The notes: generated from the sequence alone by a model not told the origin. Numbered from the whole stretch's first letter, positions 1-11,727 are shown. The stretch is DNA of 63,492 bases, filler included, from Vannella sp. (GCA_023345925.1; 9 parts of 9 records of this genome joined end to end with filler, not necessarily neighbours in it); one strand, 5' to 3'. Translations and numbers: made by a program.

Positions 1-21
1 TCATTCATTCATTCATTCATT
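1..21 (+). repeat. (TCAT)5 microsatellite directly upstream of an RCC1 gene
   Basis: TCATTCATTCATTCATTCATT then GGG-ATG; the unit matches the TCATTY motif found upstream of many ATGs in this window. Confidence 0.85.
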
Positions 22-24
22 GGG

Positions 25-1125
25 ATGCCATTTGGCAGGCACACGCTCCTCCTCTCCCTCGAAGGGGGCCTTTTGGCTTTTGGGAAAAACTCCTGTGGCC
101 AACTCGGTCTCGGTCACTGTAACACCCAATGCCAACCAGCAGAGGTCCCCTGGAATGGCCCGCAGACGGTTCAGGTGGACTGGGGAGACGAACACTCCCT
201 CGTTCTTGATGTGGAAGGCGGTGTGTGGGATGCTGGTTACTCCCGGACCTATCCTTGCTCTTCCACTTTTCAGAGAGTAGCAGAACTTCCTTGTATCGCT
301 TTGGTAGTTGCTGGTGAGTATCACAGCGCTGCACTGGACACCGAAGGTGGCCTTTGGGTGTGGACGAGCGATATCCGTCTCTCTTGGGCACGCCGTGTTC
401 CCCAGCGAGTGGAAGGCCTCCCTCCACTCATCAAGGTGGCCTGTGGCTACAACTTTCTCGTGACAGAGGCCGAAGAAGAAGGAACTGTCTGGGTGTTGGG
501 GCACCTCTGCTGCAAAGGGCGACTGTACCTTGGAGAACCCATAAGCGCTCCCCAACCGACCCTTGTGCAAGTGGAAACCCGTTCCGAAGGGCCTCTTCGA
601 TGCCTGGCTGCCCTCAGAGACGAAGTGATCCTCATCGACTCGCAAGGAGGCGTCTTCTCCTCTGAAGGCTACGAAGGCCAACTGGCGCGCTCTTCTGGGG
701 ATGCCCTAAAGCTTCAGCGAATCATGAACATCCCTCCCATGCTAACAGCCTCCTGTGGATGGCAACACACTCTCTCTCTGGATGAGAAGGGCGGCGTCTG
801 GACTTGGGGAGACAATCAATATGGGCAATTGGGGACGAGTGACCCCATCGATCAGTTCAAACCCTCTCTGGTGTCTTCATTGAAAGGAATGAGCGCCCTG
901 GTTGCGGGAAGGGACCATTCTTTGGTGTTCCCACAGGAAGGCGGACTTCTAGTCTTCGGGTCAGACACATTCGGAGAACTCGGACTCACTCGCTCTTCTC
1001 TCTCCAGACTACTTCAATTCGCACAAAGACGCACAACCGCACCCGTACTTTGTCCTGTCCAGCCCGCTCTCCCACATTCATTCACCCGCAGCAGAAAGAA
1101 GAATGCCCGCTCCGCTCCTCTTTGA
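25..1125 (+). CDS. RCC1-repeat beta-propeller protein, copy 1 (intronless, 366 aa)
   Basis: Repeated RCC1 motifs (FGKNSCGQLGLG, VACGYNF, SCGWQHTL, WGDNQYGQLG, VAGRDHSL); basic C-terminus RSRKKNARS; paralogous to 10022, 15355 and 46013. Confidence 0.93.
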   Translation: MPFGRHTLLLSLEGGLLAFGKNSCGQLGLGHCNTQCQPAEVPWNGPQTVQVDWGDEHSLVLDVEGGVWDAGYSRTYPCSSTFQRVAELPCIALVVAGEYHSAALDTEGGLWVWTSDIRLSWARRVPQRVEGLPPLIKVACGYNFLVTEAEEEGTVWVLGHLCCKGRLYLGEPISAPQPTLVQVETRSEGPLRCLAALRDEVILIDSQGGVFSSEGYEGQLARSSGDALKLQRIMNIPPMLTASCGWQHTLSLDEKGGVWTWGDNQYGQLGTSDPIDQFKPSLVSSLKGMSALVAGRDHSLVFPQEGGLLVFGSDTFGELGLTRSSLSRLLQFAQRRTTAPVLCPVQPALPHSFTRSRKKNARSAPL

Positions 1126-1353
1126 CGCACTTACCCATGTTCGGAGTGCGTCAAAGAGGAGCGTGACTCTCTCCACCAATACATCCGTCAACTTCCGTAT
1201 GACCTTCGAGAAAAGAGCACCCAGAGGCCTCGAAGTGAACTTATCAGTCCTTTACAACGCTACAAAACGATAAGTCTCCTTCATCTCTCCTTGCCAGTCC
1301 ATGGGGGACAGCAGTTAAGCATGGAAGTATGCAAAAGTGGAAGTCATTTGGTA

Positions 1354-2351
1354 ATGGCGAGGCGCTTCGTGCAATATCTGTTCAGCCCGACCGGGTTGAT
1401 GTCTTCTAGAATGGCCAAGGAGACCTCTCTGGTTCTCTTCTCGGGGAATGATGAGGAGCAAGACTTCTGGCGCCATCCTATCACGGACAGCCACTTGGGT
1501 GGTGCGTGGGGAAGGAGAGGGGGTGGGGATCGTCACTTACTCCCGCTTGCAGGCAAGTCCACAGTGAAAGTCTCCTTTGTGGAAGAAGAGATTGATGAGC
1601 GTCTGTTCTACGCTCCTCAAAAGCAAGGAGAAGTTGATCTCCTGAGGGGCAAACCAGAGAAAGACCCGCAAATGGTGCGCGAACCTCTCCTTCTCAGAGA
1701 ACTAACAGAGCTAGGGCGAGGAGGACTATCCTATCAAGAGTACAAAAGTAATGCAACTTTGGGGACACTTAAGCACGGAGCTTCCTCCTCAACAGCCCGA
1801 GGAAACCACAAAAATCGCTCGACTCGGCTTCGCGTCGATCATGACGGACAAGATGTGGCCGCCCATGAACCTCTCCTATTTCGATGCCTTTGAGTTCCGC
1901 ATGCGCGTTGTAGGTAGCTTTGGATCATGCGGTCAGGGCCTGATCGGGGCTACAGCTGGACAACCGCACATGGGTCGCAAACGTGGCTTGTAAAGGGGAT
2001 GACGATGGAGAGATGTACCAAGCGCTCTTTACAGGTGATGGACAATGGAGATCTGTCATCCTCCCATTCAACAAGTTTCTGTACACCTCAAGGGGAGTGG
2101 TCGTCGACCAGTTCCAACCTCTCGACTTTCAGAAGATCGTTGGACTCGGCTTTCTCCAAGCTGAACGACAGGATGGAGAGTTTTGCATACAATTAGAAAG
2201 TATAAGAGCTCTTTCATTGGCCAGATTGTCCCAGGAAGTGCGTTACGACCCAGATGCGTTCATTCCCAATCAAAAAGAACTTCACGATGGGCAAGCAGAA
2301 CCGACTCCCGACTCCCCCCAAGCTCAATACTACCGCGTTCTACGCTATTAA
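1354..2351 (+). CDS. NDUFAF1: Complex I intermediate-associated protein CIA30 / NDUFAF1-like (4 exons)
   Basis: Spliced product has WRHPITDSHLGG-KST, GFASI, FDAFEFRMR, WRSVILPFNKFLYTSRG and QDGEFCIQLESIRA; three GT-AG introns with branch-point-like motifs restore the frame. Confidence 0.85.
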
Positions 2352-2375
2352 AGTGACGTTAGGCTTCATTTGAAG

Positions 2376-5300
2376 TTAAGATTTGCTCTCCAGAGCTGTC
2401 ATGGTGAGCTCAATATCAGAAAGGCCGATGGGAATGAGCGGACAGTGAGGGGCGAATTGGAGGGTCGAAGCGTTATCATAAGCGTGGAAAGAATCGACCA
2501 TTCCAAACTCGAAAGAGGAAAGGAAAGGAGTCACGGGGTGAGCGTGGTCCTTGACGAATTGGCTCAATTGAAGGAACCACTCTTCATGAGAAGAGCATTC
2601 GCGGATGTCCGGACGAGCTTGCTTGATCAAAGCAATGATTCCCTTCCAACCTGTGTTGGTTTGAGTGATGTTGAATTGGTATTGGTCAGACGGGCGTGTC
2701 TTCATGAGATGGACAATCACTTCCACACAGTAATCCGAAGAGACAATGTTCATTGGTTCGTCTCTGGAGACTGGAGGCACTATTCTGGCATCTGCAATAG
2801 CTTGCAAGAGTCTGTGGAACCAATCCCTTCTGTTAATTTGGCCCGTTTGGCGGTTGCCCGAGATCAGACAAGGCCGGTAAATGTAGACAGGGAGAGCGTA
2901 TGTCTCTTTGCAGAACATGAGTAGATGATCAACAGCCCACTTGGTGGCTCCATACCCACGCCCTTGGCGGGGTGAACGTGTCAATGCAGAAATTGAGGAA
3001 GTAAAGTGAATGGGTTTCCGGCTCTTGGCGCCTGACACAGAAAGTCGGATTATGTCCAAGATACTGCTAACGTTGGTGTGATACATATCCTTGTACGAGA
3101 CCAAGTGGTTGACAACAAAGCCACAATGGAGAATGGCGTCCACATTATCAGCCAACTCTTGGAATTGACTTTCTGACAGCCCAAACAAGGCAGAAGACAA
3201 GTCACCTACAATCGGCTCTACTTGAGGATGAGCTGACTTCTCAAATGAAGCGGGGCTTCTGCAAAGGCAGAAGAATCGAGCTTCTGGATTCTCTTCCAAT
3301 AGCTTGTCTAAGAGCTGTGATCCCAGGAATCCAGTTGCTCCTGTGACAAAGTAAACCTTTGGTTCGATTGCTGCGTTTCCTTGGATGTCAGAGAACTGCT
3401 CGAATAACTGGCGAACTGTTGTTAGTTCTTCTTTGATGGAAATCTTGTCATCAGAAGTTGATGCCTGAACTGCTGCACCTGAAAGGGATGACAAAGGCTT
3501 ACTACCCATAAGATCCTCAAAAGAAACCTCCACCATTTGTTGCCTGAGCTGCTGGATCAACCGAACAGCATCGACGGAGGTACCTCCAAGTTCTTGGAAG
3601 GATTTGGATGAATCTGTCACCTCAAGCACGGCTCCCAAGGCGATGTTCACATACATCCCTTCAATCTGAGGCCGATAATGGCTGAGGAGATTGCGGCGAC
3701 AAAGTTTTCCAGCTGAAGTTAAGAGCCCTTCTCCCTCAATCCAAGAGCTCATCTCCCGCTCCAAGTGAATACGAGCTGGTATCTCAAAGGACCTAAAGTT
3801 ACACTCGGAAGCTATCCTCTGTAGGTCTCGCAAGACAGTCTCTTCCTGAATGTCAGTGTGCTCAGGTCCAGGGATTCCAATTGCAACAATACAGGAGCGG
3901 TGACTGTCAGCATAAATGAAGAGAGACACTACAAAGCGAGACACGAGTAGCTGCTGCTCCAGCTTTTCCAAGGAAACAAAGTCGCCATTACTGAGTTTGA
4001 TGACATTGGACATTCGGTCGATCACTCTTAAGGAGTTCGGGCCTATCTGCTCCCCAATATCACCGGTAGCAAACCACCCATCCTTCATCTTCTTTTTGAG
4101 ATCATCAGGATTGCCGTAGGAATCCATCCGAAGCTGCTTGACGAAAATCTCTCCTCTGGGAGGATCATCCTTGACACTATAGCCGAGCTCAGGAACGCTG
4201 CATAGTCTTACAACTTGAGTGACTTTGTCGTTGCGACTAATTGAGCCTGCTTCAGTTGACCCATAGCCATCAGAGACCCTCACTTGCAGGATCTTCCGCA
4301 GGAACCGAACCATTTCGCGGGTTACGGGGGCTGAAGTCACTTTGGTACTCGAGATGCGATTGCCAAAAATGGATTGATACTTTGGAGCAAGCTGAACTTC
4401 ATGCTCTTCGTCTGTGGACAGAGGAGATTCAGTTCTTAGATGATGCAAGTCACTTTGGTATTGATCGTAGACAATGTTACAGATCAATGGAATGAGCCCA
4501 AATACAGTAGGGCGGATCTCTTGGACATCACTGAAGAAGCTTTTGAGTGATTCCTCCAAAGGAGGGAACGCCACTCGCCCACCATTCACCAGGGCAGTGA
4601 AAAGATCCACTCTTCCAGCAACGTGATCCATCGGAAGGTATCCATAAAGGACAGATGTTCTGAACGCCAGAAAGTGAGAGAACTGGGACAACCAATTCCT
4701 TTCTTTGAACAAAACCGGTTTGGGACAACCCGTGCTCCCACTAGTGAAGGTGATTGCTATGGTTTGCTTATCAAAAGACTCCAAAGTGGCTAAAGGACCT
4801 TGCTTTTCGCACAAGGAGCGTCCCATTTGCATCAAAAAGTCGAATTGATATACGCAGATCTCCCCCGCCTCCAGAGTATTCGGAGGGGCATCCATACACA
4901 CAATTATTGGTGGCTGTTCTAGATCTCTGTCTTTCAGCGCATTGACAATGATAGGGAGACTGCGGCTCGAGCAAAATATGCAATTCAGGTCGGTTTGAGA
5001 AAGGATGGCATTCAAGTCACCTTTGGAAACTCCATTCGGGATGGCTGCAGTAGTGTAACCCTTTCAAGGATTGATGTCAGAACTCTAAAATGATAAGGAG
5101 TTGGTCAAGCTTACCTGCAGAACACTGCAAAGGTCCACCAAACACCATTCCAACCGGTTTTGGGCACAAATACCAATTGTGTTGTACTTCACCAGTCCTA
5201 GGGCCGCCAGAGCATGCGCAAGATGCTGAGCATACCCCTGTACTTGTCCAAAAGAGTAGTATCGGAAGGAACCCACGTCCACACCTCCTTCTCGCTTGAA

Positions 5301-5915
5301 GTTTGGAAGGCTTTCCTTGGGAATCACCTTCTCCCCAATGAAGGGACGCTCCTTGTAGAACTCAAAGGCCTTATTGACGGTCGCAGCGCATGAGAAAGTG
5401 CGTAGCAAGCGGCGCTTCATGTCGTTGGGGAAGGTAGTGTTGCGATAGATAAACTCTTCGCCGTGCTCGCTATCTTGCGCAGAGAGCTTTTGGTGGATGC
5501 TTTGTGCGTCGCGTTGGTAACAAGGTTCACAAAGGATGAACTTGTCGCACTCTCCACAGCGGTAATGGGTGCCGTAAGGGGACAAGGCCTCTTTGCACTC
5601 GGCACAACTCCAAGACGCCACATCAAAGCGATGGGGATACAGAAGCTCAATCTGTTTGGTGAAGCGAACGTTGTCAAGCTCATCCTGAGAGATGTCAAGC
5701 TGTCCTGGGGCTGGAGGATAGATGAACACAGAGTGAGAGTCGCCCAACTCTGCGGGAGACTCTCTGGGTGCAGCAGGATCCAGCCACTTGATGCTCAATC
5801 CCGACTTCGACCTCTTTTGAAGCCAAAGGAAGTACGCAGCGGCAGTGGATAGCACAACAACGACAACCCCAAGAGCCCAAACCCGCAAGCCAAGAGGAGG
5901 GCGAGGATGAGGCAT
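2376..5915 (-). CDS. Carboxylic acid reductase-like NRPS (A-PCP-R) with N-terminal TM helix and ZZ-type zinc finger; one intron at 5061..5114
   Basis: A domain TFTSGSTGCPK, YLPMDHVAGR, DGYGSTE, VPELGY..PRGE, WFATGD; PCP FQELGGTSV; reductase FVTGATGFLG and GYGATKW; exon 1 has a hydrophobic helix and CAEC..CGEC..CEPC..H..H; intron GTAAGC..CTGAC..GAAAG joins the two ORFs in frame. Confidence 0.88.
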
Positions 5916-5963
5916 GCTCGACTAGAAATGAAAGAAAACAGAGCAGTTTAGTGGTCGGTGATC

Positions 5964-6740
5964 TTAGAAGCTGCACTGAGAGCAGCTTTGAACGTAAGAG
6001 GTTCCTGTGAGAACAGCGTTCACGAGGCTGGGGCATTGGTAAGCTCCGCTCTGGCAGAAGCCGTTGTCTCCATACACAGAGCTATCGTACAAGCAGCAAA
6101 CGTTCTTAGGAGCCCAAGCCACGCGGTAGAGCTTGAGCTTCGCAGCAGCTTGGATGGGGAAGGTCATGGAGAGGCTGAACACTTGAGTAAAGTCAGCGTT
6201 TCCAACAAAGTCGGCGTAGAACGCTTCATAAGTGGGAATGTAATTGAGACCGAAAGGAGTCACGGGGATGGTAACTTGGAGAGCACTGCTTCGGCCGAGG
6301 ACATCAGTGACATTCACCACGACTCTCACTTCGACGTTGGAGACGCCATCGATAGCGAGGGCGACGGAGTTGCCAAGAGTAAAGTCAATCTTGATGCCAG
6401 CGTCGTTAACACCAGCATAGGTCAAAACAGCCTTTCCTTCACAGGTTGAGCCAAAGGGGCATCCGTCAACAAAGAAGAAGCCGTTGGTCACTCCAGAGGA
6501 AGAGAACACGTTGGGAGTGCCAGAAGTGGTCACGGAGATGTCACGTTGGCCACCGAGGATGGAGGAGTTCTTGAGGGATCCAGAGGCGGTCTGAGGGGGA
6601 CCAGGACGAGTGTAGATGAGAACGTCTTTCTGAGTGGCTCCAAAGGCATCAACGACATACACGGTTTCGAAGGAACCAGCAGTGGGGATGGCGACGGACA
6701 CAGCGATCAGGGCCAGGACAACAAAGAGAGCACGGATCAT
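5964..6740 (-). CDS. Secreted beta-rich protein with Cys-rich C-terminal module (258 aa, intronless)
   Basis: Signal peptide MIRALFVVLALIAVSVA; ILGGQRD and NADFTQV motifs; C-terminal CCLY..C..C..CSQC. Confidence 0.8.
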   Translation of the reverse strand: MIRALFVVLALIAVSVAIPTAGSFETVYVVDAFGATQKDVLIYTRPGPPQTASGSLKNSSILGGQRDISVTTSGTPNVFSSSGVTNGFFFVDGCPFGSTCEGKAVLTYAGVNDAGIKIDFTLGNSVALAIDGVSNVEVRVVVNVTDVLGRSSALQVTIPVTPFGLNYIPTYEAFYADFVGNADFTQVFSLSMTFPIQAAAKLKLYRVAWAPKNVCCLYDSSVYGDNGFCQSGAYQCPSLVNAVLTGTSYVQSCSQCSF

Positions 6741-6850
6741 TGGAAGGAGAAGGAGAATGATTAACTATTCGGGCAGTCCCGCTATTTATACACCCGTCAG
6801 GACTTTTCCTTCCGTCTCCGACAGCCCTCAAACTCCTCTCCTGATTGGCC
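6741..6850 (-). promoter_or_regulatory. Pol II core promoter: CCAAT box, TATA box and initiator-like TCATTC
   Basis: On the minus strand: GGCCAATCAG (6841-6850), TATAAA (6785-6790) and TCATTC (6755-6760), about 30 nt between TATA and Inr, 14 nt before the ATG. Confidence 0.7.
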
Positions 6851-7178
6851 AAGCGGGACGGCTTTTTCTGATTTTGTCGGGAACAGTCGGCAACAAGAAC
6901 TTTCTCTTCCGACAATATCTCGAACTTCGCTCCCAAGAATCAGGCCTGCAGTGACAACGATTCGGACCTCATGAGTTAATTCGGTGGCCGATGAGAAGTT
7001 CTCGATTCGGCAGTTGGGGTCAAAAAAAGCTTTCAAACTCCGATTGGCTGGCGAGGCAGTCAATATTGTTCGTATTGCGTAATAATGATGGGGGTGGACT
7101 GAATTCAACTCTAATTCTGTCCCAAAGATGCAGTCTTGAGAATCATCATAATGCATTATTAGGAGTGGGGCGTTTGGT

Positions 7179-8090
7179 ATGCAGCGAAAGAGCTTCCTCC
7201 GGTTGAAGGCCCAGCGAGCGGGCGAGACTTTGTACACAGTGCCAGGAAAAGGGCGCTTGTGTGGGTTTCTACTGAAGGAGAGTCCTCACGCCTTCAAGAT
7301 CGGCAGTCCCAAACGCCGATGGTTTGCTTTGGAGGGTCATGACATCATCTATTACGTGGACCCTGGCGATACCAAGTCTCTGGGCTGTATCAACCTCTTA
7401 CAAGTGTCAGCAGTCACCCCTAAAGACACCAAAGTCTTCATTCTATCCACTCCCAAGCGTGAATGGGTGCTACACGCCAAGTCCAATCACCAACGCGACT
7501 ACTGGGTCAATGGGATCTCCGTTATTCTTGCTGAGATCCGCACGCGAAAGCAAAAGAGAAGTGCAAACCCTCCCTCCCCCAGTGCTCCTGGTGTCCCTCG
7601 CTTAGCGAGCCCGTTTGCTCATTCCGAACCTCAGAACATCGACACTCCCCGCTTTTCTCAACCAAGAACCAGTGTTGAAGAACCCTCACGACTACGTATT
7701 GGTAGTCCACGAAGTACCTCGCCTTCCAAGGAGGTATTACACCACAGGAAGCTGAGGCAACTGCGAAAGAACGAGTCGGAGGCCAAGCAGCTTGCAGACG
7801 AGCTCCGTCGTGTTGAGAACGAGGAAATGAAGCTCTTATTAGGTGCTCTGAGTGCTAACACACGTCCTCTACCACCTGACGTGGTCACCCAACAACTACA
7901 ACTCGAAAACCGGGTCACCGAACTCTTTAATCTCCTTGTAGAGAAGCAAGCCGCGACCAGCGTGTTGAACACAGAACTCCAGTTTGGTAGCGCATCTCCA
8001 GATTGGCAGTCTCGTCGCCAACAACGCTATGCGCTTCCACCTCCGCGGTTTGGAGCTTCTCCGATAACTCACAGTTTCCACATTTACTGA
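7179..8090 (+). CDS. PH-domain protein with Ser/Pro-rich linker and C-terminal coiled coil
   Basis: GFLLKE..KRRWFALEGHDIIYY..LGCINL..FILSTPKREWVLHA..RDYWVNGI matches a PH fold. Confidence 0.85.
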   Translation: MQRKSFLRLKAQRAGETLYTVPGKGRLCGFLLKESPHAFKIGSPKRRWFALEGHDIIYYVDPGDTKSLGCINLLQVSAVTPKDTKVFILSTPKREWVLHAKSNHQRDYWVNGISVILAEIRTRKQKRSANPPSPSAPGVPRLASPFAHSEPQNIDTPRFSQPRTSVEEPSRLRIGSPRSTSPSKEVLHHRKLRQLRKNESEAKQLADELRRVENEEMKLLLGALSANTRPLPPDVVTQQLQLENRVTELFNLLVEKQAATSVLNTELQFGSASPDWQSRRQQRYALPPPRFGASPITHSFHIY

Positions 8091-8449
8091 TTCTCTCTGA
8101 AAGTCGACCTCACAGTAAGTGTCAATCTTCCTGCTTGATACAATGGCACCATTGTTGTGCCTGGTTGCTCCCAATGAAAGAAACTGAAGATTATGCGAAT
8201 TGAATTCGGCCTTTCCACTGCCTCCTTTCTAGATTTTAGGGGAGCTTCCACGTATCTCATTGCTATTCTGTTTAAAAAGAGGACTGGTCATGTCCAATGA
8301 AGGGAAAGGGGCAAAGTGTATTAGAGTGATTCTCCTCTTATCTATTCTTTGCCAGTCGGTCAGTCAGTTACAGGAGTATTTACAATGAGAAGAATGTAAC
8401 AGTAGTAAAGGGTGAAGTACAGGTCAGCAAGTGTTCCTTACAAAGGACA

Positions 8450-9544
8450 CTAAGAAAGGTTGCCAGTCTCCACCAAGAGGAAGGACAAAATGGAACCAAA
8501 AAAGGCCCCCACTTGGTTACTGAGCCCCACATAACGAGTGGCCCTTTGAATATTGGAGGGATTGTGTTGAATGAGAGCAGCCAGCTGGTATAAAAGAGTG
8601 TCCTCATACCCATTCAGCCCGGACAACACCACAAAGGATGCCACAACAACCCAAATCGCTGCGTTATCGATCCATCTGAAAAGACATTGGCCGAAAAGAA
8701 AGCTTCCGAACAAGTATTGAGTGAAAGTCATGAGCACAAGCACAGAAAAGCTCCGAATTCGGAGTACCTCAAAAGTACAGAAGAATCGCCCCAAAGACCC
8801 AGCTATTAGACCCCAAATGTACATAGTTGATAACAGCTCATCACCATTGACCAATCCTTTGGTGGCGTACGGAACAGAGCCCAAAAGAAGATAGTAAATG
8901 AAGCAGTTGAGCACTTGCGCTGCCAAGAGAGGCCATGTTCCCTTGGTTAGACTTGCTGCAATGACGCTTGATTGGTCTATCTCGAACTCAGGAATGGATT
9001 CAGAAGGTGCCAGCTCGTCCTGGATGTCAAGGATGACACCTGTGGAAGCCGAAGGGCGATTGCTGATGGCCTGAGCGAGCAGGAAGGCTGCGAATGAACC
9101 GAGAAGTATGACAGCATTCCAAAGGAAGAAGTAAGCCACAGAAAAGTCCAAGTAGGTCTGCAGAAGACCAAGAAGGCTGGAGATGAGTCCAGTGAGCCCC
9201 ATTCCAAGGGAGATGGCGGAAGTGAGGACAGGAGACTTTGCAGCCGCAAACGGATAAAACACGACAACAGATACACTCCCAATAAGGCCACAGATGAACG
9301 TGAGGATGAGCAACATGACCGCAACATCCCCAGCCACCACCTGCCACGACAATGCGAGCCCTATTGCTGTGAAGATGGCCAAAACCTGAAGCGTAAAGAC
9401 AACCAATGCCTCAGGAAGAACCAATCGAACCCACCGATGGAGCACAACGTAAAGAAGCGCAAACACATTCGCCAACTGCACCAACAAAGAGATCCGTGCC
9501 GCGATCGCAAAGCCTCCCGGTAAGACCTCCGCAAAGTAAGGCAC
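8450..9544 (-). CDS. SLC52/riboflavin-transporter-like multi-pass membrane protein (5' truncated by contig end)
   Basis: PYFAEVLPGG..LLVQLANV, SVSVVVFYPF, LGMGLTGLI and QVGAFFGSILSFLLV resemble SLC52A; about 11 hydrophobic segments. Confidence 0.72.
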   Translation of the reverse strand: MPYFAEVLPGGFAIAARISLLVQLANVFALLYVVLHRWVRLVLPEALVVFTLQVLAIFTAIGLALSWQVVAGDVAVMLLILTFICGLIGSVSVVVFYPFAAAKSPVLTSAISLGMGLTGLISSLLGLLQTYLDFSVAYFFLWNAVILLGSFAAFLLAQAISNRPSASTGVILDIQDELAPSESIPEFEIDQSSVIAASLTKGTWPLLAAQVLNCFIYYLLLGSVPYATKGLVNGDELLSTMYIWGLIAGSLGRFFCTFEVLRIRSFSVLVLMTFTQYLFGSFLFGQCLFRWIDNAAIWVVVASFVVLSGLNGYEDTLLYQLAALIQHNPSNIQRATRYVGLSNQVGAFFGSILSFLLVETGNLS

Positions 9545-9644
9545 NNNNNNNNNNNNNNNNNNNNNNNNNNNNNNNNNNNNNNNNNNNNTTAATTAATTAA
9601 NNNNNNNNNNNNNNNNNNNNNNNNNNNNNNNNNNNNNNNNNNNN
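9545..9644. other. Artificial contig linker N44-TTAATTAATTAA-N44
   Basis: Identical 100-nt spacer with stop codons in all six frames, seen 8 times. Confidence 0.98.
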
Positions 9645-10021
9645 TGTGGAAAGAAAGCGAGAACATCGAGTTTGGACGTGCTAGGCTCCGTCTTCAGATC
9701 AATTTTGATGTTTCTTTCTTCTTGAGTCTGCTTCATCGGTGCGGGCGAGTGCACTTATCGACTACGGGTTCTCTATCACTGGTACCAGGGCTATGACTAC
9801 GTTCTCTCCTGAACAGTACTTGATCAGCACTTTCACGGATGAGATCATGCAAGGAGCCCTGTTGCTGACAGTGCATTGGATGGGAGCTCTTGAATAACAC
9901 AACGCGTCACAACGCAACGCAGTCTTTTCCCGCGGGGAGCTGCAAGAGAGGTCATTTATTGTCAGTTCTTGGTGCTTCAAGTAAGGGGAATGAATAGTTC
10001 ATCGAATCCCCATTCTTTGGG

Positions 10022-11071
10022 ATGCCTTTAGGCTTGCACACGCTCCTTCTCTCCCTTGAAGGGGAGCTTTTGGCTTTTGGAGACAATAGCTATAGACAAC
10101 TTGGTCTTGGGCACTCGGAAGACCAATGGACACCCGCAATAGTCCCCTGGAAGGGCCCGCAACCGGTTCAGGTGGACTGGGGGTTCAGACACTCTCTCGT
10201 TCTTGATGCGGAGGGCGGTGTGTGGCAGGCTGGCTGTCATTGCTTCTCTGTTTTCCCTGCTGGCTTCGAACAAGTCGTAGAACTCCCTCTCATGGCCCTG
10301 GTGGCTGCTGGCTACTATCACAGTGCTGCCATCGACACCGAAGGCGGCCTTTGGGTGTGGACGTACGAGGAAGATCTCTCTTGGGTATGTTCTCATCCAC
10401 AACGAGTGAAAGAACTCCATCCAATCCTCAAGGTGGCTTGTGGCTGCAACTTCCTCGTGGCAGAGAGCGAAGAAGGCCTCTGGGTGTTGGGCGACAACTG
10501 TAACGGGCAACTGGGCCTCGGCCACACCAACAGCGCCCTCCAACCAACTCTTATCGAGGTAGAAGAACGCTCTGAAGGACCTCTTCGATGCCTGGCTGCC
10601 CTCATGCACGGTGTGATGATCGTCGACTCGGAAGGAGGCGTCTTCTCCTCTGGAGATAACCTTTACCGCCAGCTGGGGCGCTCTGGGGATGTTACAACGC
10701 TCCAGCGAATCAGCAACATCCCTCCCATGCTGAGTGTCTCTTGCGGCTCCTGTCACACTTTAGCCCAGGACGAGAATGGGGGCATCTGGAGTTGGGGGAT
10801 GGGCGAACATGGGCAATTGGGTGTAGGCAACACTTCCAATCAGTCCAAACCCGCTCTAGTACCTTCGTTGAAAGGAATGAGTGCCCTGGTTGCGGGTGGG
10901 CTCCATTCTTTGGCTTTCCCACAGGAAGGCGGCCTGCTTGTCTTCGGACATAACAGCTTTGGACAACTGGGACTCAACCACACGACTAATCTTTCCACCC
11001 CCACGGTTTCTCCGGTCCAGCCCGCTCTCCCTTTCGCCCGCAGCAGAGGGAAGAGTGCCCGCTTCCTTTGA
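10022..11071 (+). CDS. RCC1-repeat beta-propeller protein, copy 2 (intronless, 349 aa)
   Basis: FGDNSYRQLGLG, LGDNCNGQLGLG, WGMGEHGQLG and FGHNSFGQLG; ends RSRGKSARFL; long stretches of nucleotide identity with copy 1. Confidence 0.94.
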   Translation: MPLGLHTLLLSLEGELLAFGDNSYRQLGLGHSEDQWTPAIVPWKGPQPVQVDWGFRHSLVLDAEGGVWQAGCHCFSVFPAGFEQVVELPLMALVAAGYYHSAAIDTEGGLWVWTYEEDLSWVCSHPQRVKELHPILKVACGCNFLVAESEEGLWVLGDNCNGQLGLGHTNSALQPTLIEVEERSEGPLRCLAALMHGVMIVDSEGGVFSSGDNLYRQLGRSGDVTTLQRISNIPPMLSVSCGSCHTLAQDENGGIWSWGMGEHGQLGVGNTSNQSKPALVPSLKGMSALVAGGLHSLAFPQEGGLLVFGHNSFGQLGLNHTTNLSTPTVSPVQPALPFARSRGKSARFL

Positions 11072-11727
11072 CGCATGAGGGCACTTGCCATGACTGGGAG
11101 GGGGAGATTGAAGCCTTCTTGAGTGAATAAGGATAATGCTCAACCAACAAAGAGGCGTTTGCTCTCAAAAAGCCCCCTTGACAGGTCCTAAACGTCAAAA
11201 GCAAGGAAGATCCGGAAAACTCGACCGAATGACTTTCTTATGGTGGCAATGTGAGTTGAAGCAAGTCAGGTTCACCGAGCGATGCAGAATCCAACAACAA
11301 GGAAATGAACAGCCAAGAGTCTGGAGATTGTCTTTGACGAAGCCATCCGCGCCGGCCTGTCCTTCTGCCATCAAGTTAGCAGCTGCTAGAGTGGCTGCTT
11401 CCCAATTCATAAGAAAGTCCTTTAGTCGAGATAGCTCCGGCACGAGTTTGTCTTCTTCCTGATGTAATGAGCAGCTGCCGCATACGACGCTGAGTTGTAA
11501 GCCTCAAGATCCATTCAAGAAGATGTATGATAGTATGAAACTACCTATGATTAGCGTGAATTGGCCAAAAGACTTTCTGTTGGTCGTCCTCCGGGCGCAG
11601 GTGCGTTTTGATCCTTTCCGGGCTATTTCGCCATCACGCGATACAAATCAGATGAAAAGTTGGATTCCTGACCATTTCCTTCGTTTAAAGAGTCTCAAGT
11701 TCGGTCATTGGGTGGGCCGCCTCCGTC

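Noticed and set aside
11072..11727. Short ORFs between RCC1 copy 2 and the CH-domain gene
   Set aside because: No good start context or recognisable motifs; treated as intergenic
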